In this document: positions 1-8,476 of the stretch, in pieces
Position numbering within the stretch: position 1 is the stretch's first letter
Layout: the number at the start of each line of letters is the position of its first letter
Source of the DNA: Pseudomonadota bacterium
Lineage (GTDB): Bacteria; Bdellovibrionota_B; Oligoflexia; Oligoflexales; CAIMVM01
NCBI GenBank assembly: GCA_037142195.1
Contig: JBAXBA010000019.1
Coordinates: 1 to 48,815 of the forward strand
Direction: 5' to 3'
Length of the DNA stretch: 48,815 nucleotides
Notes under the pieces: model-generated
What the model was told of the DNA's origin: nothing
The model's database searches: none
Seen by the model: the letters and a program-made list of their open reading frames with translations, nothing else
Position numbers and translations under genes: made by a program

Positions 1-55
1 GCCTTTTTAGTTTTCAAGTCCTTATGAGAAAATCGAAAGGTTCCTACCCGATGCC
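1..55 (+). repeat. Direct repeat copy 1, identical to 2147-2201; may extend upstream of the window
   Basis: GCCTTTTTAGTTTTCAAGTCCTTATGAGAAAATCGAAAGGTTCCTACCCGATGCC occurs at 1-55 and 2147-2201; the two copies diverge at the next base (C vs A). Confidence 0.97.
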
Positions 56-595
56 CTTCGCCATTTCAGAACCTTTGCATGATGGATTGAAGGGCTGACT
101 AAAGAGTTTGACGCTGGCGGATCGCGACGCTACGCTCCGGTCGCTACCAACTCTGAGTGACCGGCTTCGCCAAAATACGCACTATGACACATGAATAAAT
201 TTACGGAATGTGAAGCAGAAGGATGATGTACCGAAGAAAAGCTTTGTAGAAAATCTGAAAAACAAGCGACTCCAGGATATTCCGCCTCAAAACGCAGAAA
301 AATGCTACAATTAAAGCCAGGTGCTGCAAATGGAACAGGGCCGGAGTGAGGTGAAATATATTAAAAAGGGGCTTGATTTGCCTACAAACGCTATACATTA
401 GCAAGATCTTCTAAAATGGCGATCGAACTAAAAATCTAAAACGTAAGCTTCCCAAGTGCAGTTGGGTAGGTGTTTAATGACTCGCAGACGCATCGAAACC
501 CGGGAAAGTTCAGTGGATTGGCTAATCGGATCTAAACTTCTTCTAGGCCGCACATCAACCTAAATCTGTGGAATCGAAAAGGACAGAACACTAAC

Positions 596-820
596 TTAAG
601 CAGCATAACGAACAATTTCCACTTCTGTTCCAGCGTTAACTGCAGAAGTGGCACGTTCCATAAGTTTTTTCGAAACGTCAACCTCCAGATAATATTCGCC
701 ACAGTTAGGGCATACTTGTGCAGGAACTTCTTTGAATACAACTACGGTTTTTCCTCGCACCAAAGTAACGGATACCATTCCTGCGTCTGTTGACCCATGT
801 TTGCAAATGACACATTTCAT
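596..820 (-). CDS. YgiT-type zinc finger / MqsA-family antitoxin
   Basis: MKCVICKHG...VVVFKEVPAQVCPNCGEYYL...EVEIVRYAA has two CxxC motifs; overlaps the upstream DUF4258 gene by 4 bp. Confidence 0.9.
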   Translation of the reverse strand: MKCVICKHGSTDAGMVSVTLVRGKTVVVFKEVPAQVCPNCGEYYLEVDVSKKLMERATSAVNAGTEVEIVRYAA

Positions 821-1102
821 TTTAGTTTCCTTTTTCTAAATCCTAATTCCCAAAAGAATAAAGTTGGCTCGTATGCTGTAACTACTATGATTTCTTTGTC
901 ATCGCTATTCTCTGCTATCACCACATGAATAGGACTTTTCTTGCAAATCATAAAGATGAGACGACTTGGATATGGCTTGTCTTCTGAGTTGACTTCAATA
1001 GTTTCACCTTCGAGACATTTCTCAATATCATCGACTGAAATGTCTCGCTCAAACATCTGGGTGATTGCATGTTTGCTAAATCACCACCTTTGATTTATTC
1101 AT
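817..1102 (-). pseudogene. DUF4258-family toxin, frameshifted near the 5' end
   Basis: ATG at 1102 reads MNKSKVVI-stop (TAG 1078-1076). The family-like FSKHAITQMFERDIS...DKPYPSRL...PIHVV...IIVVTAYEP continues in another frame from 1080 and is preceded by TGA. Confidence 0.8.
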
Positions 1103-1315
1103 ACTGCGCCTTCTCAAAACAATCAAAGCTATGGAATAATAGACTTTAAATAATGAGTTCTGTCGAGACAAATATGCAGAAATAATCCTAAAATGCTGCT
1201 ATCTATATTTTTGAGATCCTCTAGATAACAAAATCTTGCCCCTGCGGAGCATGTGGCACCTCAAATTGGTAGAAATATCACAAACAGGGCATTTCAGGCA
1301 GTCTAGCAAAAATTT

Positions 1316-1351
1316 GATTGAGCTCACGATTGAGCTCACGAATGAGATCGC
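1316..1351 (+). repeat. Three tandem 12-bp repeats, candidate integrase arm-type sites
   Basis: GATTGAGCTCAC, GATTGAGCTCAC, GAATGAGATCGC; the repeat is seen directly, the function is inferred. Confidence 0.75.
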
Positions 1352-1381
1352 AGCAAAAATCTTAGATGCGCTATGACTATA

Positions 1382-1394
1382 AATCAGACTCTTA
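1382..1394 (+). promoter_or_regulatory. IHF consensus site
   Basis: AATCAGACTCTTA matches WATCARNNNNTTR. Confidence 0.5.
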
Positions 1395-1509
1395 AGGACT
1401 GAAGATTCCTATGGTTTGGTTGCTGAAGTCTTGCTTTTTAGGTAACAGATTCTAGTTCCTTTGGTTTTTTCATGAAAAAAGCCTTCTTTTGAGGCATTTC
1501 AATCGAATG

Positions 1510-1522
1510 TAACTGTCTGATT
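1510..1522 (-). promoter_or_regulatory. IHF consensus site
   Basis: Reverse complement AATCAGACAGTTA matches WATCARNNNNTTR; 18 bp from the tRNA fragment. Confidence 0.55.
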
Positions 1523-1540
1523 ATTCAATTTTTTTTGGCA

Positions 1541-1585
1541 TGGTCGGGGTGGCAGGAGTCGAACCTGCGACCTCATACCCCCAAA
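1541..1585 (-). pseudogene. 3' half of tRNA-Pro(TGG), att-core-like fragment
   Basis: Reverse complement TTTGGGG-GTATG-AGGTC-GCAGG-TTCGACT-CCTGC-CACCCCG-ACCA gives anticodon loop, variable loop, T arm, acceptor 3' strand and CCA; no 5' half or D arm upstream. Confidence 0.9.
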
Positions 1586-1721
1586 TATCGTGAAATCCGC
1601 CATTGTAAATAACTGAACTTCAACACATACGACTTGCATGCACCAAGAAAAAGATAAGCAGTTCCCTGAAATACGAACTCGAATCCATGTCACCCGGCCT
1701 GAACCGCCAAAATATGGAACA

Positions 1722-2058
1722 TCTATTGCCGCAAGTGCAAAAAAACTTTGGGCAAAAAGCTAAAGAAGGCAAACTGACCAATGAAGACTTTGCCGGTGGT
1801 ACATTTACGATTTCCAACTTGGGGATGACGGGTATTGAGGACTTTACTGCTATCATCAATCCCCCTCAGGCAGCCATCTTAGCTGTGGGCAAAACGCTTC
1901 TCCAGCCATGGGTCAATGATCAGGGGGCCCTTGTAGCTCAGCATCGCATGACTTTGACATTGTCCTGCGATCACCGGGTGATTGATGGGATGGTCGGGGC
2001 CAAGTTTATGGAAACTCTTGTGAGTTATCTAGAGACTCCTATTTTAATGTTTGAATAG
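1722..2058 (+). pseudogene. pdhC: 3' fragment of dihydrolipoamide acetyltransferase (E2 catalytic C-terminus)
   Basis: [11 protein letters not shown]...[14 protein letters not shown]...[11 protein letters not shown]; lipoyl and E3-binding domains and the first half of the catalytic domain are missing; probable 1-nt indel near 1745-1750 (SIAASAKKL / GQKAKEGKL). Confidence 0.85.
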
Positions 2059-2110
2059 AAGGAAACCTGGGGCGATCTCAGCTCTAGGTCTCCCCATTCC
2101 GAATCCAGGT

Positions 2111-2154
2111 AGGCAGAATATTCCTAGTTACCACTAGGTCTATTCTGCCTTTTT
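2111..2154 (+). terminator. Intrinsic terminator after the pdhC fragment
   Basis: AGGCAGAATA..CCTAGT / ACTAGG..TATTCTGCCT stem followed by a T run. Confidence 0.75.
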
Positions 2155-2201
2155 AGTTTTCAAGTCCTTATGAGAAAATCGAAAGGTTCCTACCCGATGC
2201 C
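2147..2201 (+). repeat. Direct repeat copy 2
   Basis: 55/55 identity to 1-55. Confidence 0.97.
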
Positions 2202-2258
2202 ATGGATAGGGAGTTTCCCATTTCCAGGTCGGAAGTTGTAAAAATCTAAGGATCGCTG

Positions 2259-3266
2259 ATGAAGGTATTTTACAATCCAGTTCAAAAGACTCATATCTTA
2301 ACTCACGAAATCATTGCGGGAAAAAGATACCGGCATCATGAAAAAAAAGCTCGTCTGGAAAATATCTTAAAGCATCTTAGAGCTGCCAAGAGATTTGATG
2401 TTTGTGTTCCCGATACCTTACCCATTGAAGCGGTTTTGGCAGTACACGATGAGGGCTATATTCGCTTTCTGGAAAGCTCTCAAATGCTCTCCAAGGAAGA
2501 AGTCATTTGGCCATACACCTTCCCCAACGACCGCCGCTTGTCTATTCGAGAGCCCGTTACCGTGTTTACCGCTGGTTATTACTGCTTTGATGTGGGAACC
2601 CCCATCATGAGCGACACCTATATTGCAGCAATGGCATCTGCTTCTGGGGCATTTGCGGCTGCTAAACATGTACTTGAAACCGGTGAAGCTTGCTATGCCT
2701 TGGCCCGTCCTCCTGGGCACCATGCAGCAAGTGCTCTGTTTGGGGGCTATTGCTATATTAATAACGCTGCCATAGCTGCCAAGTTTCTATCCCAAGAAGG
2801 TCGTGTCTTGGTAATCGATTTTGACTTCCACCATGGAAACGGAACCCAGTCGATTTTTTATGATTCCAATGAAGTCTTCTATTACAGCATTCATGGAGAT
2901 CCCAGTATCGAATATCCCTATTTCTCAGGTTTTGCGGAAGAAAAAGGGATCGGAGAGGGATTGGGGTTCAACCTTAATATTCCCATAGAGCCGATGGTTG
3001 GAGCCGCAGAGTATCTGGGTGAATTTAAGGAAGGACTGAATCAGATTCTAAAACGATTTGATCCGAAGTATATCGTCTGCTCGTGCGGTTTTGATGTGGC
3101 CGAGGGTGATCCTCTAGGCCATTTTGCCTTAACTCCCGAGCATTTCTATGAACTTGGCACAACCATAAAATCTTTAGGAAAGCCCGTAACCTTAATCCAG
3201 GAAGGTGGCTACTTAGTTGACCGCCTAGGAGTCAATGTTCATGCCTTTCTTTCCGCTTTTCTGTAG
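2259..3266 (+). CDS. Histone deacetylase family protein (acetylpolyamine amidohydrolase-like)
   Basis: ARPPGHHA, GGYCYINNAAIAA, DFDFHHGNGTQ, GFD..GDPLG and QEGGY motifs. Confidence 0.95.
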   Translation: MKVFYNPVQKTHILTHEIIAGKRYRHHEKKARLENILKHLRAAKRFDVCVPDTLPIEAVLAVHDEGYIRFLESSQMLSKEEVIWPYTFPNDRRLSIREPVTVFTAGYYCFDVGTPIMSDTYIAAMASASGAFAAAKHVLETGEACYALARPPGHHAASALFGGYCYINNAAIAAKFLSQEGRVLVIDFDFHHGNGTQSIFYDSNEVFYYSIHGDPSIEYPYFSGFAEEKGIGEGLGFNLNIPIEPMVGAAEYLGEFKEGLNQILKRFDPKYIVCSCGFDVAEGDPLGHFALTPEHFYELGTTIKSLGKPVTLIQEGGYLVDRLGVNVHAFLSAFL

Positions 3267-3366
3267 ACACCAGGACTCAATTCTGAAGGATTTGGTTTAA
3301 AAATTCTGCTTTTTGCAGCTAAAATGTTCCCTACTGAAAAAGCACTATTTTAAGGTAGATGTCCTT

Positions 3367-3975
3367 ATGATTGACGATCCCTTTCGGAAACTGCTCCCTA
3401 GGTATTCTAAAAAGGTTGTAGATTTTTATCAGACTCTTGGGTTGACTCCCAATCACATCACACTTGTAGGGCTTGCCTTCGCCATGTTCGCCGCTTTTTT
3501 GGTAAGCAAAGGAGACTATGGGGCAGCGCTTCTAGTGTGGTGGCTAGGTCGGTTAGCAGATGGCACTGATGGCATTTATGCCAGACAGACGGGTCAAGCA
3601 ACCCCCTTCGGAGCTTATCTCGATATCGTGTGTGACATGTTGTCTTATTCTCTTATGATTTTAGCCTTTGCCAAGGTGCATCCAGATCTTACTTTTTGGT
3701 GGCAACTGATTTTGTTTCTCTATGTCCTTTGTATCACCAGTGCACTGGCGTTAGGTTCTTTGCAAGAGCAAGGAGGTTCCCACTCCACTGACAATCGCGG
3801 CCTCAGACTTGGTGCGGGACTAGCAGAAGGCGGTGAGACGGGTTTGGCTTACTCTCTATTCCTCATATTTCCGGGATTTATAAAGCCATTGGTGTTGGTC
3901 TGGGTGGGAGTCCTTATCACTACTATCATCGCACGTTCCCTGTTAGCGAAGGCCTTATTAGGGAAATCGGAGTGA
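3367..3975 (+). CDS. CDP-alcohol phosphatidyltransferase family protein
   Basis: TPNHIT and DGTDGIYARQTGQATPFGAYLDIVCD signature; ATG at 3367 preferred over upstream TTG. Confidence 0.92.
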   Translation: MIDDPFRKLLPRYSKKVVDFYQTLGLTPNHITLVGLAFAMFAAFLVSKGDYGAALLVWWLGRLADGTDGIYARQTGQATPFGAYLDIVCDMLSYSLMILAFAKVHPDLTFWWQLILFLYVLCITSALALGSLQEQGGSHSTDNRGLRLGAGLAEGGETGLAYSLFLIFPGFIKPLVLVWVGVLITTIIARSLLAKALLGKSE

Positions 3976-4108
3976 GGTGGTGCTTTTAAATCATCCGGTG
4001 GTCTGAGAGCATTCAGAATCTCTTCCTTGGTATGAGAAAAGTCCCCTTGGTATACAAACTTTCTAATCTCGCATAGAATTTTAAAAAAGCCCACGAGGAG
4101 AGTTCCAA

Positions 4109-4648
4109 GTGTTTCAAAAACGTAACCGACTCCATTCTATTCTTTGCCTAACTTCATTTTTAGTTTTGTCTCCTTTAAGTAGCTGTAAGAGCTCCCCATC
4201 AGCATTGCCTTCTGACTCCCAAACGGCCAGTAGGTATGCCAGTGAGCCCAATGGGGATTCTGGCAAAGTTTATCTACAGCTCTCTAAAAATGAATTTTGC
4301 CAGGTAGGGACCAAAAATACGGGTTACTTTAAGAATGTACTTGAAGAGCAGAAAGGAAACTTGAATTCTGCAAGTCAGGTTTCCCTACAAAGCCAATTTG
4401 AAGCTGTGACCCAATCCCAGGGAGCACTGGAATTGTGTAACGTTGACCTAGAAGATTGGATCTTAAAGAGCATTGCGTTAGGAAAACCAGCGCCCTATGA
4501 TATCGCTGGTTTAAGGCTCGATGATGTGATTGCCGGCTGTAAGCTTTTTGCTGTGCTTTCAGCTTCCCATCATCCTGGAATTGCGACCGGCTTTGCAGCG
4601 GCATCGGTGGGACTTGAATGGTGGAAGGGCCGGCAGTGCGAAAAATGA
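4109..4648 (+). CDS. Hypothetical lipoprotein
   Basis: GAGGAG RBS, GTG start, hydrophobic signal ending LSSC. Confidence 0.7.
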   Translation: MFQKRNRLHSILCLTSFLVLSPLSSCKSSPSALPSDSQTASRYASEPNGDSGKVYLQLSKNEFCQVGTKNTGYFKNVLEEQKGNLNSASQVSLQSQFEAVTQSQGALELCNVDLEDWILKSIALGKPAPYDIAGLRLDDVIAGCKLFAVLSASHHPGIATGFAAASVGLEWWKGRQCEK

Positions 4649-4859
4649 GGTAACCTTCTTTCTAGCCAGCGGACTTTTTTCAGTTGTCCCTCCTGCTCTC
4701 ACGTAAATGCCTGATTTTATGTTAGTAAATGAGAAGGCCTACGGGTCTTCTTTGCATCATGGAATCATTGTTGGAAAGCATTAGCATTCTCTAAAAGACA
4801 GAGAAGCTATTAAACGCTATGTTACTCGCCGCCTGGGCTCACAAAGGAGATCGATCGCT

Positions 4860-6491
4860 ATGCTTGGTTTGTCAAATGTTACAAAAAGTCAGGGCGGTAA
4901 AGTCCTATATACCAACGGCTCCTTTACGGCCTTGCCAGGGGATAAGATCGGTTTAGTGGGACCTAACGGAGCAGGCAAAACGACCATATTTCGGATTCTA
5001 ACGGGAGAATCCTTAGTAGATCAAGGACAGGTCATTAAGTCCTCACAAATGATTTTGGGATATTTTTCCCAAGACATTGGCGAAATGAAGGGCAGTACGG
5101 TGCTTTCGGAGACGATGTCAGGGATTAAATACTTGACGGAGCTTCAGGCCGAAATTCTCGATATGGAGTCTCAATTTGCCACTCCTATGAGCGATGAGGC
5201 GATGGCGCAGCTGTTAGAAAAATACGGAGACGCTCAAGCCTTTTTCGAGGCTCGGGGAGGCTATGATTTAGACGTCCGAGCGCAGCAAATTCTGGGAGGG
5301 CTTGGGTTTTCTGCGGCTGATTTCCAGCGACCGGTAGAGCACTTCAGCGGCGGGTGGAAAATGCGCATCGCTCTCGCCAAGATTCTTTTGTTGCGTCCTG
5401 ACGGACTTTTAATGGATGAACCAACCAACCATTTAGACCTTGAGTCGATCATGTGGCTAGAAGATTGGCTCGCGAGCTACACGGGGATCTTGATTCTTAC
5501 AAGTCACGACCGGACCTTTATGAACCGAGTCATTAATAAAGTCGTTGAGATAGCAAATGGTAGTATTTCTACTTACGCAGGAAATTACGATTTCTACCTT
5601 AAAGAGCGCGAGATAAGAAAAGAGCAAGTCATTGCTGCCTATCGTCGTCAACAGGAAATGCTTTCTAAAGAAGAAGAATTTATTGCTCGCTTTGCAGCTC
5701 GAGCTAGCCATGCGGCTCAAGTGCAAAGTCGTGTGAAGAAACTCGAAAAAATAGAACGCGTCGAAGTTCCTCCTGAAGACAAAGTAGTGAAGTTTCAGTT
5801 TAATAAACCCCCTAGGAGCGGCGAAGACGTGGTCAGAATGTCTGATCTAGGAAAGGTTTATACGAGCCCCGATGGCACTTCTAAATCTGTTTTAACAGGT
5901 GTTTCTGGCATGATCGAGCGCCTCAATAAAATTGCCCTTGTCGGTGTGAATGGAGCTGGAAAAAGCACCCTTCTAAAAATAATAGCAGGGCATTTAGATG
6001 CGACGCACGGGGAATGCACCCTGGGAGCAAGTCTGGAGGTCGGTTATTTTAGCCAGCATGCGCTAGATGTCTTAAATCCTCATCATACCATCATCGAGCA
6101 TCTTCAAACGGTAGCCCCTCTTTTGAATATAGGAACACTGAAAAGTCTACTGGGGTCCTTTCTTTTTTCCGATAGCGACGTCGAGAAGAAAATTTCGGTT
6201 TTATCAGGTGGAGAGAAAAGTCGGGTTGTATTAGCGGGAATATTTATTAAACCTGTGAATTTCATAGTTTTAGATGAGCCTACCAATCACTTGGATATAA
6301 GATCAAGAGAAATTCTAAAGGAAGCTCTTCAGGGCTTTGAGGGGACCGTGATTCTAGTGAGCCACGATCGGCACTTTCTTAGCGAAGTTACCAATCGGGT
6401 TTTTAGAATCAATCAGGGAGAGATGCATATTTATGAAGGCGGATTTGCGGAATATCTCCAATCTGCAATGAATGATAATCATGCTCATTAA
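4860..6491 (+). CDS. ABC-F family ATP-binding protein
   Basis: Two ABC domains (GPNGAGKT / FSGGW / MDEPTNHLD and GVNGAGKS / LSGGE / LDEPTNHLD) joined by a linker; no TM segments. Confidence 0.96.
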   Translation: MLGLSNVTKSQGGKVLYTNGSFTALPGDKIGLVGPNGAGKTTIFRILTGESLVDQGQVIKSSQMILGYFSQDIGEMKGSTVLSETMSGIKYLTELQAEILDMESQFATPMSDEAMAQLLEKYGDAQAFFEARGGYDLDVRAQQILGGLGFSAADFQRPVEHFSGGWKMRIALAKILLLRPDGLLMDEPTNHLDLESIMWLEDWLASYTGILILTSHDRTFMNRVINKVVEIANGSISTYAGNYDFYLKEREIRKEQVIAAYRRQQEMLSKEEEFIARFAARASHAAQVQSRVKKLEKIERVEVPPEDKVVKFQFNKPPRSGEDVVRMSDLGKVYTSPDGTSKSVLTGVSGMIERLNKIALVGVNGAGKSTLLKIIAGHLDATHGECTLGASLEVGYFSQHALDVLNPHHTIIEHLQTVAPLLNIGTLKSLLGSFLFSDSDVEKKISVLSGGEKSRVVLAGIFIKPVNFIVLDEPTNHLDIRSREILKEALQGFEGTVILVSHDRHFLSEVTNRVFRINQGEMHIYEGGFAEYLQSAMNDNHAH

Positions 6492-7339
6492 GAGAGATGT
6501 CTTTTTGAGACAGATGAGAATGGCGCATTTTAGGACTTCTTTAAGACTTCCAGGCTAAATTCCTCCCGTCTTGAGTGCTCTAGATGCCACTCTTTTTGGC
6601 TAGCCGCAACGAGTCTCTGCGAGAGCCTGCATGTTTAGCTTGGTGACTCTATGTCTTCAGAGCACCTAATCGGTGCGGGTGGATTCAAATACCCAAAATA
6701 TCCTACAGGATAGGTAAACGTTATTTTCTTGGCAATAGCCACATAGTGACGTTCCTTATATCTGTGCCTTACGGCAATGAACATCTATGCGCCACAAATA
6801 GGCCCGAATCCTACATTGCTTTTATGCGCTAGAGGACCGGGGCAATAATTGCCCAGTGAAAGTCCCATTCCCAAATATAGAACCCACATTCCCGCGAAAA
6901 AAGAATTCGTTTTTCCAATTAGCATTTCAGAGTGTATTATATTGAAATTATTAACCTTTTTAAATTTGGAGGGCATAAAGACCTATAACTCGCTGAGCCA
7001 GAGAAGCTTTTATCTTGGTCCATCTGGGTATAGTTTCATCAGTTTTATAAGAGTAAAGGTTAGGTTTAAAGCTGCAACTTCAATTTCATCACATTGCCGG
7101 GCATTGCAACTAAGGATTAGTCACCATAGAAGCCAAAGAAGGTTAGCAGGGTGATGGAATTAAAACGGCTAATTTAAATATCAATCCTTTGTGGCACAGG
7201 GACTCTGGCTTTATGAGTCATTGGTCTGCGAAATATATGTGAGCTGTAGAATTATCGCGGGAATGCTGGATAGAATGTAGCCATATGCCATGGGTCGAGG
7301 TCCCAATAGGGGGAATGGTTCCCTTCGAAAGGTTTCTTT

Positions 7340-8443
7340 ATGCAAATATGCAGAGCTATAAAGGTAATAGGGATTTGGGCAGTTCTTTTACTTACAGGAT
7401 GCCTTCCTAACAGGTCGCTCCAAGATGGTGAAGCGTCCAGTTTTAAGGCTGAACAGGTGTTTGAAAATGCGCCGATTACAAAGCCGAGGGATCGATTTGA
7501 TGAGATGCTTGCCGAATTAGGGGGGCCTATTAATGCCGCCAGGTCCGTTGACGGGCTAGAAGCTAAAATTTCCTCTTTGACATTTAGTGATATTGTAGTG
7601 CCTCTTCGCCGTTTTCAAGTTTTGATCTATATTTATCAAAAGCAGTACCCTGAGCTAAAGAAGTACTATGAAGAAGCTAAAAATCTAGAAAATTTGATTG
7701 GACATCAAAGTGATCTTAATGATTTTGTGGCGGTAGCGCAGCAAGCTGGAAATGCAGCAGCCATCGAAAAAGCTACAAAAAATCGGCAAAAAGGAATAGA
7801 CGATCTGAAAGCCTATATACAGAATTCCAAGTGGCTTGCGAAAGACAATGATTTGATAAGTGAGATCAAAGAAAAACTGGACCGAACTCAGTGGCTGTCG
7901 CTGGAAGATGATCGTAATTTGGTGTTGTCTCGCATTGCAAAGAAGATTAAGAAGCAGCATGAAAGCACCTATAACCTTGATTTGCCAGAAGAAGGTATGC
8001 ATGAACTAAGACGTGACGTCAGGCGTTTTAGTTATATGAATGAGGCTGCAAATCATTTGGTTCGCTCAGATATATTTGATAAATGTTCAGCACTAACGGA
8101 AGCCCAATACGATCGACTCTCCGCAGAAGCAAAAGCAAATATGATTCCAAATGTGATTCCGACACCAGTCCCCAAGGGGAGGACGGACTACATATGCCAT
8201 GTGGAAAGCTGCCTCACGGATAAATTGGACTCTATAAGTAGTAGCCTGGTACCCCTTAAATACCAGGGGGCACTTCAACAAGCCAGGGGAGAGCCCGTTT
8301 CTCCCGAGTACATTCGGCAAGCCAACAACCTCTATCAAAACTTAACTAAGTCAAATGTCTATTTATTTCTTTGGAATCAACTGGGAAGTTGTCAGACAAA
8401 AGTAGTGGAAGACAACGATAAAGATCAAGATGACGACAAATAG
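7340..8443 (+). CDS. CHAD-like domain lipoprotein
   Basis: Lipobox LLTGC; AKNLENLIGHQSD and EGMHELRRDVRRFSY resemble CHAD motifs (K.LqD.LG..hD and HelRk..krlRY). Confidence 0.7.
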   Translation: MQICRAIKVIGIWAVLLLTGCLPNRSLQDGEASSFKAEQVFENAPITKPRDRFDEMLAELGGPINAARSVDGLEAKISSLTFSDIVVPLRRFQVLIYIYQKQYPELKKYYEEAKNLENLIGHQSDLNDFVAVAQQAGNAAAIEKATKNRQKGIDDLKAYIQNSKWLAKDNDLISEIKEKLDRTQWLSLEDDRNLVLSRIAKKIKKQHESTYNLDLPEEGMHELRRDVRRFSYMNEAANHLVRSDIFDKCSALTEAQYDRLSAEAKANMIPNVIPTPVPKGRTDYICHVESCLTDKLDSISSSLVPLKYQGALQQARGEPVSPEYIRQANNLYQNLTKSNVYLFLWNQLGSCQTKVVEDNDKDQDDDK

Positions 8444-8476
8444 CCCCTGCAATCTATATGAAATGGGAGATTACAA

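Larger units (their letters stand above)
56..1721. mobile_element. Integrase-less islet or remnant of an integrative element carrying a TA module and an attP-like site
   Basis: Lies between the repeat at 1-55 and the pdhC 3' fragment plus second repeat copy; contains a TA pair, tRNA fragment, IHF-like sites and tandem repeats; no long ORF. Confidence 0.6.

Noticed and set aside
560..1240. TA pair as an integron cassette
   Set aside because: No convincing RYYYAAC...GTTRRRY attC pair around the genes and no integron integrase
1541..1620. Complete tRNA-Pro gene
   Set aside because: No D arm, 5' anticodon stem or 5' acceptor strand; only the 3' half is present
1687..2058. Functional stand-alone 123-aa E2 protein
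   Set aside because: First residues are non-homologous and half the catalytic domain is missing; treated as a fragment
7285..7335. Riboswitch ahead of the CHAD operon
   Set aside because: Only short hairpins; no aptamer consensus that I recognise
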